This document shows positions 13,766-26,001 of a stretch of DNA of 64,000 nt, in pieces. Position numbers and translations under genes: made by a program. How positions within the stretch are numbered: the stretch's first letter is position 1; every line of letters begins with the position of its first letter. Below the pieces are notes generated by a model. That model was not told the DNA's origin. It made no database searches and worked only from the letters and a program-made list of their open reading frames with translations. Source of the stretch: Octopus sinensis. Its lineage: Eukaryota. The stretch covers positions 44,640,001 to 44,704,000 of the forward strand of contig NC_043014.1 of NCBI RefSeq assembly GCF_006345805.1, written 5' to 3'.

Positions 13766-14135
13766 GTTGTTGCTACATAATACACCCTTACAATCAACAT
13801 CAAAGGCAATACAGTAATATACAGAGCATCATCATCACTTCACACTACACAGCATCGCTTCGTCAATTCATTGACGACGGTTGCATACCTACATAAATGA
13901 AGTAATATATATTTTTTTCAGAAATGTTAACACCCCAACCAACCGCAAATTACTAGATGATTTTCTAAACATATCCTTTCTTTATCATTCATCAGTAGTT
14001 TAAAATATATCTATATATATATATATATATATATAAATCAATCTGTTCAGAATTCAGACGATGGTGATATTCAATAAAAACACGGGAGTAACATTTCCAT
14101 AGATCTACGTCTATAAATATAAATATATAAATGTG

Positions 14136-14190
<55 letters not shown>

Positions 14191-14564
14191 ATGTTGTATG
14201 TATGTATGATGTATGTATGTATGTATATATGTATGTATGTATGTATGTATGTACGTACGTACGTATGTATGTATGTATGTATGTATGTATGTATATAGTG
14301 TGTGTGTGTTTGTGTGTGTATATGTGTAGAACACATCTATACTTACGCCGACACACAAGATATTCGGTGTGAACAAGCTTTCGGTCAGTGGTGTACAGTG
14401 CCTATTAACTCCACACAAGTACATTGTGCCAGGCAACTAAAACGGATTCACGTACAATAAGCAACATTATGTAGATGTGCCTTCCAACTGCATTTTAAGG
14501 TAGCAGTTCCTGCGAATAGAGGAGTTGTATTGATGCGTGCATCGATGGATGCTTGGATGAATGC

Positions 14565-14609
<45 letters not shown>

Positions 14610-14900
14610 GTAGTGAGAGTGAGATGGTGATGGAGATATATAGAAGGGGAAGGCAAAGAGGAGTAGAGAGAAAGAGAGAGAGAGAGAGAGGCTGAATGGG
14701 TGATATCGATGGTGTTGGGGGTGGTTTGTTAGCTAACGACAGTCAACAACGGTACAGCAGAGCCAAACACATGCCAATCTCCATGGCATTACAAGAGACA
14801 GCAGCATCTGAAGCAAGTCGATCTGATCTATCTGTTGAAGAGGAAGGAAAGTGGAGAGATGAAGGGGGACAAGGTAGGGAGGGGGTGACGGGGGGAAAAA
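14565..14900. repeat. (GA)n and purine-rich low-complexity tract
   Basis: Direct inspection. Confidence 0.85.
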
Positions 14901-16042
14901 ATTAAAAAAAAAGATGATGAAAAAAAGGGTGTCGTACAAATCAACGTTTTACTTTCTCCTCACCTAAGTCCTACTGTTGTGGCTGCAGTATAGTTTAGCA
15001 GTTCGTTGTATTCGATCTTCGCCACCCGCTGACACTCCCCTTTTTATTGCAATATTTCTCCAGAAGACATACACACACACAAACACACACACACACACAC
15101 ACGAGCAGTAAGATTTCTCTCTTCGGTACCGCTTTGTAGCGATGGTAGTAGGTCCGTTAACTGAAATAGCCATTCAAGGAAAAAATTCAATGCGAACCTA
15201 AAAGCCAACCAATCAATTCCTGAAAACGCAATTATCTCTTTCCCTCATATCCTGTACAGCGTAAGTAAGTGACGCTGAAAGGTTTCCAAGCTATCATGGT
15301 CTTCAATTAACAGCTGATGTATGGAATATCCGGTATCATGAGTTGTATACATATACGTTCTTCATTTGTGATTCCTGTTATTGCTAGTTTCTTTTTTTTA
15401 TTTTTTAACAATCACTAATTTTACCGTAATTGTCTTCCGAAATTCAGATCGAACTGAGGATGACTTTAACAATTTATTCCAGAGCGCCAGACAAGAGTCG
15501 AGGCTGTTATATTTCCCTCAAAAAGTGTAGCTCGTACCTGTACTAGCATAACTGCAACACAATTACAGGCGAGCAGGTGTGACTACGTGTGAAGGAACTG
15601 ATTACTCACGTGGTAACATTATTGTCAATTCAAGATATTCTCAACCAGAGACTTCTGTCAGCATTTTATAGGGACACACACAAACAAGCAAGCAGAAAAA
15701 AATGCATAAACCATGTCAATTAAAAGAATCTGCTACATAATCTCCAGGTTCATACGACAATGTAAATCTTTCACTTACAACGTAGTGTGAAATAAAACCG
15801 TACACAAAGAAAAAGTTATCAACATACATACTATTATTAATGCTGCAAGTATTTACGCTCTCTAGATTCCAAATGTATGTCTACGGATATGCACACGAAT
15901 TTGGGCAATACGATCTTAGTTCGTCCAAGTGTAGAGATATTTAATCCCTGAGAATGGACAACGATCTTAGCAGGCACTCAGTACATTGTCGGTAATTTAT
16001 ACAAATAAGAAGAATGTGTACACACACATACATGCACTCACG

Positions 16043-16095
<53 letters not shown>

Positions 16096-16097
<2 letters not shown>

Positions 16098-16153
16098 GAA
16101 GGTTTGAAAATGCAGTTTTAAAGATCTTTAAAATTGCATTTTCAAACCTTCTT
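16096..16153. repeat. 58-bp near-perfect palindrome (29-bp arms, no loop, 1 mismatch)
   Basis: aagaaggtttgaaaatgcagttttaaaga|tctttaaaattgcattttcaaaccttctt. Confidence 0.9.
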
Positions 16154-16195
16154 CCATATATATTTCCACTAGTGCGGTATCTTACAACTTTACTT

Positions 16196-16235
<40 letters not shown>

Positions 16236-16239
16236 TTTA

Positions 16240-16412
16240 TTGAAATGAAAACCCCACTAGAATGGGAGAAAGCGCTAATACATGATCTAAGTTATATGAT
16301 GTATAAAAAATGTAATATACAAATAAATATCTGTAAATATAAACCATCCAATTTTCTGAGTACCTCATTTCTTCTAATATAAAATACCTGCACATCATCT
16401 CCAAACCTTCCA
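16240..16412. repeat. Unclassified dispersed repeat fragment (paralog of 3870-4016)
   Basis: Shared sequence with 3870-4016, same end point before a TA tract. Confidence 0.65.
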
Positions 16413-16463
<51 letters not shown>

Positions 16464-16519
16464 ATTCCATGTATATATGGGGATGGGGGTATATAATGTT
16501 CTGTTATAAGAGGGTCAAA

Positions 16520-16945
16520 AGTGCAAGACGTTCTGGATTGAAAAAAAACTATTAATCAGTGTACGTACAGTTATGTTACATGGCAGTGAAACATGGGCTT
16601 TGATTACAGAGGACTTGTGAAAGCTTCAAAGAAATGAAGCTAGCATGCTCTGCTGGATGGGTAATGTCAGTGTGCATGCATGACAGAGTGTAGATGATTT
16701 ATGAGGTAAACTAGGTATAAGAGGCATCAGATGTTGTGTGCAAGGGAGAAGAGTGTGCTGGGTTGGTCATGTGATGAGTACAGCTGCATAAAGAAATGCT
16801 GAGCTCTACTTGTGGAGGGTAGACCCAGGAAGACATGGGATGAAGTGGTGAGAAAGGATTTTCAGACGCTGAGCCTCACTGAGGAAATGACAAAGGACCA
16901 GGAGATGTGATTTGCTGTACTTGATAAGACACATCAAGCTAAGTA
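16520..16945 (+). pseudogene. RTE-clade LINE 3' end remnant
   Basis: Translates VRTVMLHGSETWAL...EASMLCWM...GRPRKTWDEVVRKDFQTLSLTEEMTKD, typical RTE C-terminal motifs, with stops. Confidence 0.8.
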
Positions 16946-17212
16946 TAATCGCTGTTTCCCACATATACACACCTGTCTTTCAGGTGCTGATGCTATATAA
17001 AAAGCACCTGTGTGTGCCAGGTGCTGTGTAAATGCACCCATGTCAGTGCTACATAAATGCACCCGTGCTGGTGCTGCATAAACACCAGTGGCATGTGAAA
17101 AGTACCTGGCACATTCTTATGTGGTTGACATTAGAAAGGGCATCCAGCCATGCCACAACAGACAATTGGAGTATGGACAGCTCCCAGCTGGCCAGCCCTA
17201 TGTCAAACCTGT

Positions 17213-17612
17213 TTCTTTATTACCCACAAGGGGCTAAACATAGAGGAGACAAACAAGGACAGACAAACGGATTAAGTCGATTACATCGACCCCAGTGCAT
17301 AACTGGTACTTAGTTTATCGACCATGAAAAGCAAAGTTGTCCTCGGCGGAATTTGAACTCAGAACATAACGGCAGACGAAACACCTATTTCTTTACTACC
17401 CACAAGGGGCTAAACACAGAGAGGACAAACAAGGACAGACAAACGGATTAAGTCGATTACATCAACCCCAGTGCATAACTGGTACTTAATTTATCGACCC
17501 CAAAAGGATGACAGGCAAAGTCGTCCTCGGCGGAATTTGAACTCAGAACGTAACTGCAGACGAAATACGGCTATGCATTTCGCCCGGCGTGCTAACGGTT
17601 CTGCCAGCTGGC
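17213..17612 (-). mobile_element. Tandem dimer of SINE family E
   Basis: Two units with junction cagacgaaacacctatttctttactacccac at ~17385. Confidence 0.85.
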
Positions 17613-18064
17613 CAGCCCCTATGTTAAGCCGTCCAACCCATGCCAGCATGGAAATCAGATGTTAAACAATGATAATAGGGATGGTGATGAGTGTGCATCG
17701 AAATGGCTAGGGCATTTGCCTTCACTGACACTGAGAAGAAAGAAGCACAGAAAAGTTCTTGTGAGAAGTTGCTGGATGAAGAGAATGCAAGGAAGGCAGC
17801 ACCACTGCAAATACGACCAAAAGGGACCAGCTATTGGAGTTGACAACTATACAAGTTAAAAGTGCTTGAATGCTGGGAAGAGACACTGGAAATATCCACT
17901 GAAGTAAGGCATGCACTGCTGGGTGGTTGGTGTCAGGAAAGGCATCCAGCTGTAAAAATCCTGCCAAAACAGCCACAGAAGTCTGGTGCAGGCTTCAGCC
18001 TGGCCAGTTCATGTGGTACTGTCCCACCCATACTACCATGGAACACAGACATTAAAGGTGGTGT

Positions 18065-19225
18065 CATGTCTGATGACTGGATGAGCAGAATCAGTATCAA
18101 CTGTCACAAAGGCAATGGAGATGCTTTTAGAAAAAAAGCAACAATGGAAGCATCAAAGTGATGCACCAAGTTATTAAAGTAGCAGAAAGAATTGTAGCAC
18201 AGATTATTAAGAGAATTAATATATCCTGTTCAAGGACAGGATGTCCCAATGTCCTTTTCTTTATGAGACAACAGCAAGGAAATTCTAAGCTAAGAGAAAA
18301 TGACAACATATCTAGCATTTGTTGACCTGCAGAAGACTGTTGACAGGGTATCATGTTCTGTATTCTACTTGTCACTAAGAAAACAAGGTGTAGTTGAGTG
18401 GCTTGTGTGATCTATCAAGTCATGTACAGTGATGGCTATCAGCAAAGGGATAGAAAGTAATAAGTTCAACATAAAGTTTATCATGCAGATAAGTGTTCAT
18501 CAAGGATTGGTAGTCAGCCACTTTTTGACAAACTGTCCATGAGAACTCCTGTATGTCAATGACATTGACACAGCTCTCAGAGCTGAATGCGTCAATGAAT
18601 TAGAGAGGGAATTACTAACATGACAGCAAATCCTAGATTCAAGAGGACTCAAAATAAACTAAATGAAGACAAAAAATGTTTAGCTAGGAAGGAAAAAGGT
18701 AGAAATGTACTGCCATTTGGTATATGCTTGATATACAAATAAGAAGCGAGTTAGAATTCCATATAATGTATTTGACATAAACCTCCAGTGTACAGTGGGA
18801 TCATGTGCTTCTAGACATTTGAAGGAACTGAAGGCTTCTGTTATCTTGGTGATTTAATCAGCTGCTGGGAGAATTTTTCTGAAAGTATAATTACCAAAGT
18901 AAGATCAGGATGGTAAAATTTCACTGTACTATTACATCTATTGGCAACTAAGGGACCTCTCTCTGAGTGAATGCTAGAACATACAATGCTTATCTACTGA
19001 AGTGCAATATTGCACAGTAGTGAAACATGGTCATTGAATAAGGCAGATGTATAAAGAGTGGATAGAAATGAAGGGAACATGCCCTGCTTGATATATAATG
19101 TTAATGTGAATGAACAACAGAGCACAAATGAGTTGAGAGAAAAACTGACTTTAAGACAAATGGATTATATAGTCTGCAAGAAAGGAAACCACAGATACCT
19201 GATGTGTAAGGAGGATGATAATTAA
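18065..19225 (+). pseudogene. Heavily decayed RTE-clade LINE reverse transcriptase
   Basis: Recognisable blocks CHKGNGDA, YLAFVDLQKTVDRV, HQG, EGFCYLGDLIS, AILHSSETW across frameshifts. Confidence 0.8.
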
Positions 19226-19254
19226 GCAAAGAGAGTCAATTAAACCATATATAC

Positions 19255-19560
19255 AATCATCATTACTATCATCATTATCATTGCTTAACATTCATCTTCT
19301 GTGCATGCATGGGAAGGACAGTTGACAGGAGCCAGCCAGGTAGAAGACTACCCCAGGCAACTGTGTCTCTTTTGGCAGGGTTTCTACAGCTGGATGCCCT
19401 CCCTAACATCAACCACTCTGCAGAGTGGACTCAGTGCATTTTATGTGGCACTAACACAGGCAAGGTTAGTTTGGGTCTGATTTTTTACAGTTGGATGCCC
19501 TTCCAAATGCCAACCACGATACACTGTGGACTGGATGCTTTTTGCATGACACCAGCACTG
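19255..19560 (-). mobile_element. Family F, diverged, with partial internal duplication
   Basis: tttctacagctggatgccctccctaac and ttttacagttggatgcccttccaaatgcc. Confidence 0.6.
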
Positions 19561-19811
19561 GCAGGGTCACCAAGTAACTCACAAGACAAGGAATTTTGAG
19601 AGGAGCAGGGGCATTTGAAGAGGGAAATTGTGTCAGAGGATGAATGGTTAGAGTGTAACATATATATAGCCCTTCTCTTCCTCACATTCCCATTTCATGT
19701 ACTATGATTACCTCCCACTCCCCAATCTTGTCCTCTGGCCTGGTGCCACTGTATCATTGCTCTCTGCTTGCCCCCAACCTGTGCATTCTACCCACATGCC
19801 TTGTCTCATAT

Positions 19812-19908
<97 letters not shown>

Positions 19909-19942
19909 TATGCATATATATACAAAATATATATATATACAC

Positions 19943-19974
<32 letters not shown>

Positions 19975-19984
19975 ATATTTTAAT

Positions 19985-20330
19985 AATTCCTCCTGGAAAT
20001 TATCTTGAGATGTATAATACATTTGTTGTAATCTTTTGTGCCCATTATTTCAATGAGCTTGTTAAACTTTTTTATATTCTCAACATACTCTTGTCACCAA
20101 AGAATGTATATTTATATGGATTATAGTACTCTGTGTCAACCAATATTCTGTGCATGTTTGAATATACAGATACAATACCAATATCAATTCCTTCTGGAAA
20201 CTATCTTAAACATGTCCTTGAGAACGATTATTTATGTAGTAATCTTTTGTGCCCAATATTTTAAGGAACTTGTTGAACTTTTTTATGTCCTTAACATGTC
20301 CCTGTTACCAAAGACTGTGTATATGTAATG
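19985..20330. repeat. Old diverged tandem duplication, ~200-bp period
   Basis: aattcc..ctggaaa.tatctt...gtaatcttttgtgccca.tattt.a..ga.cttgtt.aacttttt at ~19985 and ~20186. Confidence 0.7.
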
Positions 20331-20378
20331 TAGCAATTTGCAACAACCAATAATTAACGCAACCAAACTTCTACATGT

Positions 20379-20421
20379 TACTTTTGACAATCTTTTTCCA
20401 AAGAGTGAAACCGGTAAAGTA
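20379..20421 (+). ncRNA. Minimal hammerhead-like motif with U3/A8 core (imperfect stem II junction)
   Basis: TACTT-TTGACAA-TCTTT ttcc AAAGA-gt-GAAAC-CG-GTA-AAGTA. Confidence 0.5.
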
Positions 20422-20484
20422 AATAAATATCTTTTAAATTGCATTTTCAAACCTTCTTTCGTATGTATATGTATATATATATAT

Positions 20485-20745
20485 GGTGGGTGTCTGCTCC
20501 TTATGCACAGTTTGACCACCTCCTGTACCTACACCTTAGAACCATCATGGCATCTGATGTGGCTTTTTAAACCAAACAATGTTTTGAAAAGACCCCCACA
20601 TAGATTGCATATCTAATCTGGACCACCAAGAGCTGCAGATAAGCTCTGATCTTTGTGATCTTAAACTGTCTTTTTAAGCCTCCATTAGATTTGCAAACCA
20701 TTTGGCATCCATTGCATTAAAAGGTGTGCCCAGACATACAGGCAT
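20485..20745 (-). pseudogene. RTE-type LINE extreme 3' end with C2H2-like zinc-finger remnants
   Basis: Reverse complement translates approximately CNGCQMVCKSNGGLKRQFK...GGLFKTLFGLKSHIRCH. Confidence 0.5.
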
Positions 20746-20917
20746 ATGTCTGTATATACATATATATGTGTATATATACATGTGTGTATATACTTATATG
20801 TGCTTACACAGATACAATTAGTTAAATATGCATATCAAATCCACATTTGCCCACACAGAAATGTGTGTCTGCATATTTCAGTATAAGATTCTATCATCAC
20901 TTATTAATATTGTATAC

Positions 20918-21121
20918 TTAATGATGTCTTCTTTCTGCAGTCTGGCTCCTTGACACTATTGAGGTCAGAATGGATTTATTTTCATGACAACACTTTGAAA
21001 TGAACTCTAATTTTTTTATATTTAAAGAGCTAGAATATTTAGAAGTGATGAAATATTTTTCAACTTTACACAAGCCACAGAATTTAGAGCACAAGTTATA
21101 TTTGTTGCTCAAGTGAAGCAT
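20918..21121 (-). pseudogene. Penelope-like element (Neptune-type) C-terminal remnant
   Basis: YNLCSKFCGLCKVEKYFI...LEFISKCCHENK resembles the Y...SK.C.LC..EK..I...SELIS.CRH.NK tail of these elements. Confidence 0.7.
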
Positions 21122-21867
21122 ATAGCTGGTGACATCATTGGCTGTTCCATGGCCGTGTGATAAGAAGATTGCTTCCCAACCACATGATTCAAGGTTCAGT
21201 CTCGCTATGTGCTATCTTGGGCAAGTGTCTTCTACTGTAGCCTTAAACGATAAATGTCGCCCTTTTCAAGCCTAGCCAGGTTCATGGGCCCCGGTTTCCT
21301 GGTTTCTGTGGTATATGTGTTCCCCAATGATCCAAAAGTGTCCTCCTTATATTAATGGTCCGAAAATACCCTCTATTTTTCTGAACATGCAATATTTTTA
21401 TTGCAACCATTTGCTATTTTGAACCAAAAAATCTGAGTTGGTTGATTCTTGTACAAAACTTTCAATATTATATATTAAGAAGTTTCCAGATTCCTATTAG
21501 TTAGCAAGCATTATATCTTTACTACAATAGGTTCACAGTGCCTTGGGTAGTCTCCCATGTTTCTAACATATTTTACATTTTAAAAATATTTTTGTATTTC
21601 TTTTCTATAAAATCAATTTTAAGATTTATTTCTATAGAGTCATCTTTTGCACTGTATGCCTTTGAACACTGCATATGAAAATTTGAAATATGACATTTTT
21701 TCAAAAGTTACTCTGATACCAATTGTATTTTGTCTTCAAATATTTAAGTATCCTTAAAAATCCTTAAAAATGCTTTAGCCCGAAGGCCGCGGCCATGCTG
21801 GGGCACCACCGCTGTATATATAACTCTGTCTCTATTAAGCTTCATTTCAACTGTTTGAATAATTAGA

Positions 21868-22085
21868 AATCATCATCATCATCATCATCGTTTAGCGTCC
21901 GCTTTCCATGCTAGCATGGGTTGGATGGGTCAACTGGGGTCTGTGAAGCTGGAAGGCTTCGTCAGGCCCAGTCAGATCTGGCAGTGTTTCTACGGCTGGA
22001 TGCCCTTCCTAACGCCAACCACTCCGCGAGTGTAGTGGGTGTTTTTTACGTGCCACCTGCACAGGTGCCAGACAGAGTCAATGTA
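21868..22085 (-). mobile_element. Family F, relatively young copy
   Basis: (atc)n tail then gtttagcgtccgctttccatgctagcatggg...gtgccacctgcacaggtgcc. Confidence 0.8.
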
Positions 22086-22329
22086 AAAACGTAAAATGGT
22101 GCCAGACAGAGTCAATGACAGGTGCCAGACAGAGTCAATGTAAAAATGTAAAAACGAATTGAATACTTAACAATATGAAAATGAAAAGTTTGATTTCGTA
22201 TCAGATAAATATTTATATACACTTTACTTTTCGTATTGAGTACTTTTTTCAAATATGCTTCTATATGTATATATTTATTAACTGGTTCAGTAATATGAGA
22301 GACTAAAGCAGATGTTGTTCATCCCATTC

Positions 22330-22640
22330 AAAGACCATCACCAAAACCCTTGTCTTTAAAGAACTGAAATTTGTAAGAATATGATATACTATAAATGACA
22401 GCGATATATAGATTATTATGCATTCCAGAAAATCACTCCTATTGAATGAGGATGTAAGATGAATAAAATACATCAATGATCTGTTTGATGTCAGCTTGTG
22501 AGCTCTGCATGCCAAGGAACTTTGCAAGCTCATTGAATTATATATCTTAGATGTACTTTAAGCAAGATTTAAATCTTTAGCTATAGGACTGTACAGAGAT
22601 GATGGCTTGGCTGTGTAGTTGACAATAATATAAGCACAGT
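22330..22640 (+). pseudogene. Penelope-like (Neptune-type) RT remnant
   Basis: Translates IIMHSRKSLLLN...DLFDVSL...ELCKLIELYIL...IGLYRDDGLAV (GLYRDDGL catalytic motif). Confidence 0.8.
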
Positions 22641-23249
22641 TAACCTTTTAGATACCACTTCAGATTTAGATACATGCACAATAAAATCCTTATAGAAATG
22701 CTTACAGTATGAGCCTAGTTAATGATGTAAATGAATTTCAGACAAATATATCTTTAAACAAATTGACATTTGACAAAGCAGCCAATTACTATAAAGAAAA
22801 ATGAGTTACTAAAGTGCTGTCATGAAAATTAATTTTATCTCAATAAGTATAAGAAAACACTCAAACTGTGATTAATTGACCAGATATAAACCATCATTAT
22901 ACTGGGAGTTAACCAACTTACAAAGTAGACAAAAACAATTAGAAGCCTCCAACAAGGCGTTTCATCTTTGATGTATTGTTGGAACCTATCAGTGCTTGCA
23001 CCACCAAATACTCCCATCGGAGGCAAGCATTCAGATACAAAACACTGAATAATGAGATGTAAAGTGGTCTGAGTTGAGAATTTATTCAAGCCTTCCTTGT
23101 AAGAACATGTCTGGATATGGGATATGGAAACAAGCTAGGGTTAGCAACATGAAGGGCATCAGTTGTCAAGCGATGTTGGAGCAACAAACACAGACACACA
23201 AACACACACACACACACACACACATGTATATATACAATATATATATCGG

Positions 23250-23412
23250 AGTAAACACATAAATGTGAAACAAGGTGGAAAAAAAGAGTACTCAAATACC
23301 AGGGGTAGAGTAATATGCTTTATTTAAAAGCAGCAGAAATTCAACAAAACCTGTTACTCGGTGAAACTCCGAGTAACAGGTTTTGTTGAATTTCTGCTGC
23401 TTTTAAATAAAG
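23250..23412. repeat. Dispersed-repeat end with a 44-bp perfect fold-back hairpin (7-nt loop) containing a hammerhead 3' half
   Basis: Arms 23318-23361 and 23369-23412; loop plus arm reads GAAAC-TCCGA-GTA-ACAGG; homologous single arm at ~31010-31060. Confidence 0.9.
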
Positions 23413-23751
23413 TAATACATATATATATATGGCAGGCTTCTTTCAGTTTCCATCAACCAAATCCTCCCACAAGGCTTTGGGCAGCCTGAAGCTATAGTAG
23501 AAGACACTTGCCCAAGGTGCCATGCAGTGGGACTGAACCCAGAACCATACGGTTGATAAGCAGGCTACTTACCACACAGTCACTCCTACAAGTTTTTGCT
23601 TTACGGGTGATCTCTGAGAACAAATTAACTTGAATATCAAGGTATTTCTGCATATATTTTAACCAGGACTTAAGTATACTTCTGTGCATTCATTTCCTCA
23701 ACAGAAACGCCAAAAACCTATTTGCTAGAGGTAGATTCTATTATAAACTCG

Positions 23752-24050
23752 TCATCATCATCGTTTAAAATCCGTTTTCCGTGCTAGCATGGGTTGGATG
23801 CTTCGACCGAGGTCTGGGAAGCCAGGAGGCTGCACCAGGCTCCAGTCTGATCTGGCAGTGTTTCTACAGCTGGATGCCCTTCCTAACGTCAACCACTCCT
23901 TGAGTGTAGTGGGTGCTTTTTACATGCCACCGGCACAGGTGCCAAGGGAGGCTGGCAGCGACCACAATTGGTTGGTGCTTTTTACGTGCCACCGGCACAG
24001 AAGCGCTGGCATCGGCCACGTTCGGATGGTGCTTTTTACATGCCACCAGC
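23752..24050 (-). mobile_element. Family F with ~50-bp internal tandem subrepeats
   Basis: tggtgctttttacgtgccaccggcac motif repeated about four times. Confidence 0.8.
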
Positions 24051-24842
24051 ACATGTATCACAACTACTATTTCCATTTGATATTTGTTTTGATGTTTATG
24101 TACTTGACTCAATAGGTCTCCTCAAGCACAGCAGGTCATGTGCCACTGGCAGACATAAAGCAGAACACAAGATAATTAAAAAGAAATTCAAATTGTTGTC
24201 AGTTTCACATTAAAAGTCGTTATAGGTAGAATCATTGACACTAAAACGATCAGATATGTTTACACATACACACTGGGTGGTAAAAAATAAAAACCACGCA
24301 GAGGTTTTAAATATTCATATTACCTTTTTTTTTATGTCACTTGAATTTTTGTTTTTCATTTTTGCAGGCATGTAAATGGACCCCTGAGAATTCATCCGAG
24401 CAAATAATGAAGATAAGAGATTCTTACTTGAAATACCATCAGTCAATAACATAAACTAGAAGAGCATATTCGGATTATTTCAATGTTGGACACCACCAAC
24501 CAAGTCAAAGATTCATCATTTGATTATGCATTTTGTAAAGAGTTTGGCTCAGTCAGTAGTCTCTCATGAACTGGTGGACAACATTCAGTTTGAAATGCTG
24601 AAAGTGATACACATCTTTTATTTTTCGCTTGTTCAGTCACTGGACTGCAGCCATGCTAGGATACCATCTTGAAAGTCGTTATATAAATCAATCCTAGTGC
24701 TTATGTTTTTAAAGTCTGTAGGTGTAGGAGTGGCTGTGTGGTAAGTAGCTTGCCTTCGAACCACATGGTTCCGGGTTCAGTCCCATGGTGTGGCACCATG
24801 GGCAAGTGTCTTCTACATACACATACATATATATATATGTCG

Positions 24843-25057
24843 AGGCGGCGAGCTGGCAGAAACGTTAGCACGCCAGGCAAAATGCTTTGCAGTATTTCGT
24901 CTGTTCAAATTCCGCCGAGGTCGACTTTGCCTTTCATCCTCTCGGGGTCGATAAATAAAGTACCAGTTTCGCACTGGGTCGATGTAATTGACTTAATCCC
25001 TTTGTCTGTCCTTGTTTGTCCCCTCTGTGTTTAGCCCCTTGTGGGTAGTAAAGAAAT
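24843..25057 (+). mobile_element. SINE family E, full length
   Basis: aggcggcgagctggcagaaacgttagc head, gttcaaattcc B-box, ccccttgtgggtagtaaagaaata tail. Confidence 0.85.
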
Positions 25058-25613
25058 ATATATATACACATACATTTATTGGCTATATAGGATTCATAAA
25101 GAATTGAGGCATATCACGGTGTACTGATTGGTTATATATATGCTTGTGTATACACATACAGCTATATACATTATACGCACTCACACACACTCATGTATAT
25201 AGATGCATATATATACATACACACATATCCATACATACAAATGTATGTATATATAAAACATGTATATACTCACTAACACGGTGGGGTCAAATCTAAGGAG
25301 AAAAAATATCCACTCCCTGACAAACAAATAGTATTGGCTTTGTCATTAATGAAAATGAAAATCGTTAATCAAACGTTAATTATGATATTCATGCATTTGT
25401 GCTACTATAATGGGAAAATATATTTATATATTTTCAAGCATAAATTCACAAACTTACAAAGAAATACTAGAATACAGAGATTCACACAGTGGGGCCAGTC
25501 GATTAGATTAACCCCAGTACACAACTGGTACTTAATTTATCATCCCCGAAAGGATGAAAGGCAAAGGCGACCTCGGTGGAATTCGAAATACCGTTCAGCA
25601 TTTCACCCGACAT

Positions 25614-26001
25614 ACTCTTTTACTCTTTTACTTGTTTCAGTCATTTGACTGCAGCCATGCTGGAGCACCGCCTTTAGTCGAGCAAATCGACCCCGAGACT
25701 TATTCTTTGTAAGCCCAGTACTTATTCTATCAGTCTCTTTTTGCCGAACCGCTAAGTGACGGGGACGTAAACACACCAGGAGGACAAACACAGACACACA
25801 AACACACACATACATATATATATATATATACATATATACGACAGGCTTCTTTCAGTTTCCGTCTACCAAATTCACTCACGAGGCATTGGTCGGCCCGGGG
25901 CTATAGCAGAGGACACTTGCCCCAGATGCCACGCAGTGGGACTGAACCCGGAACCATGTGGTTGGTTAGCAAGCTACTTACCACACAGCCACTCCTGCGC
26001 C
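25614..26001 (-). mobile_element. SINE family A inserted into the head of a family E copy
   Basis: Splits cacccgacat / taacatttctgccagc; uninterrupted paralog at ~27535-27560. Confidence 0.85.

Noticed and set aside
24368-24570. Strong acceptor followed by ATG-GAC-CCC-TGA-GAA... (possible Sec or readthrough ORF)
   Set aside because: The frame after the TGA is short and its continuation could not be read reliably; no SECIS or homology evident
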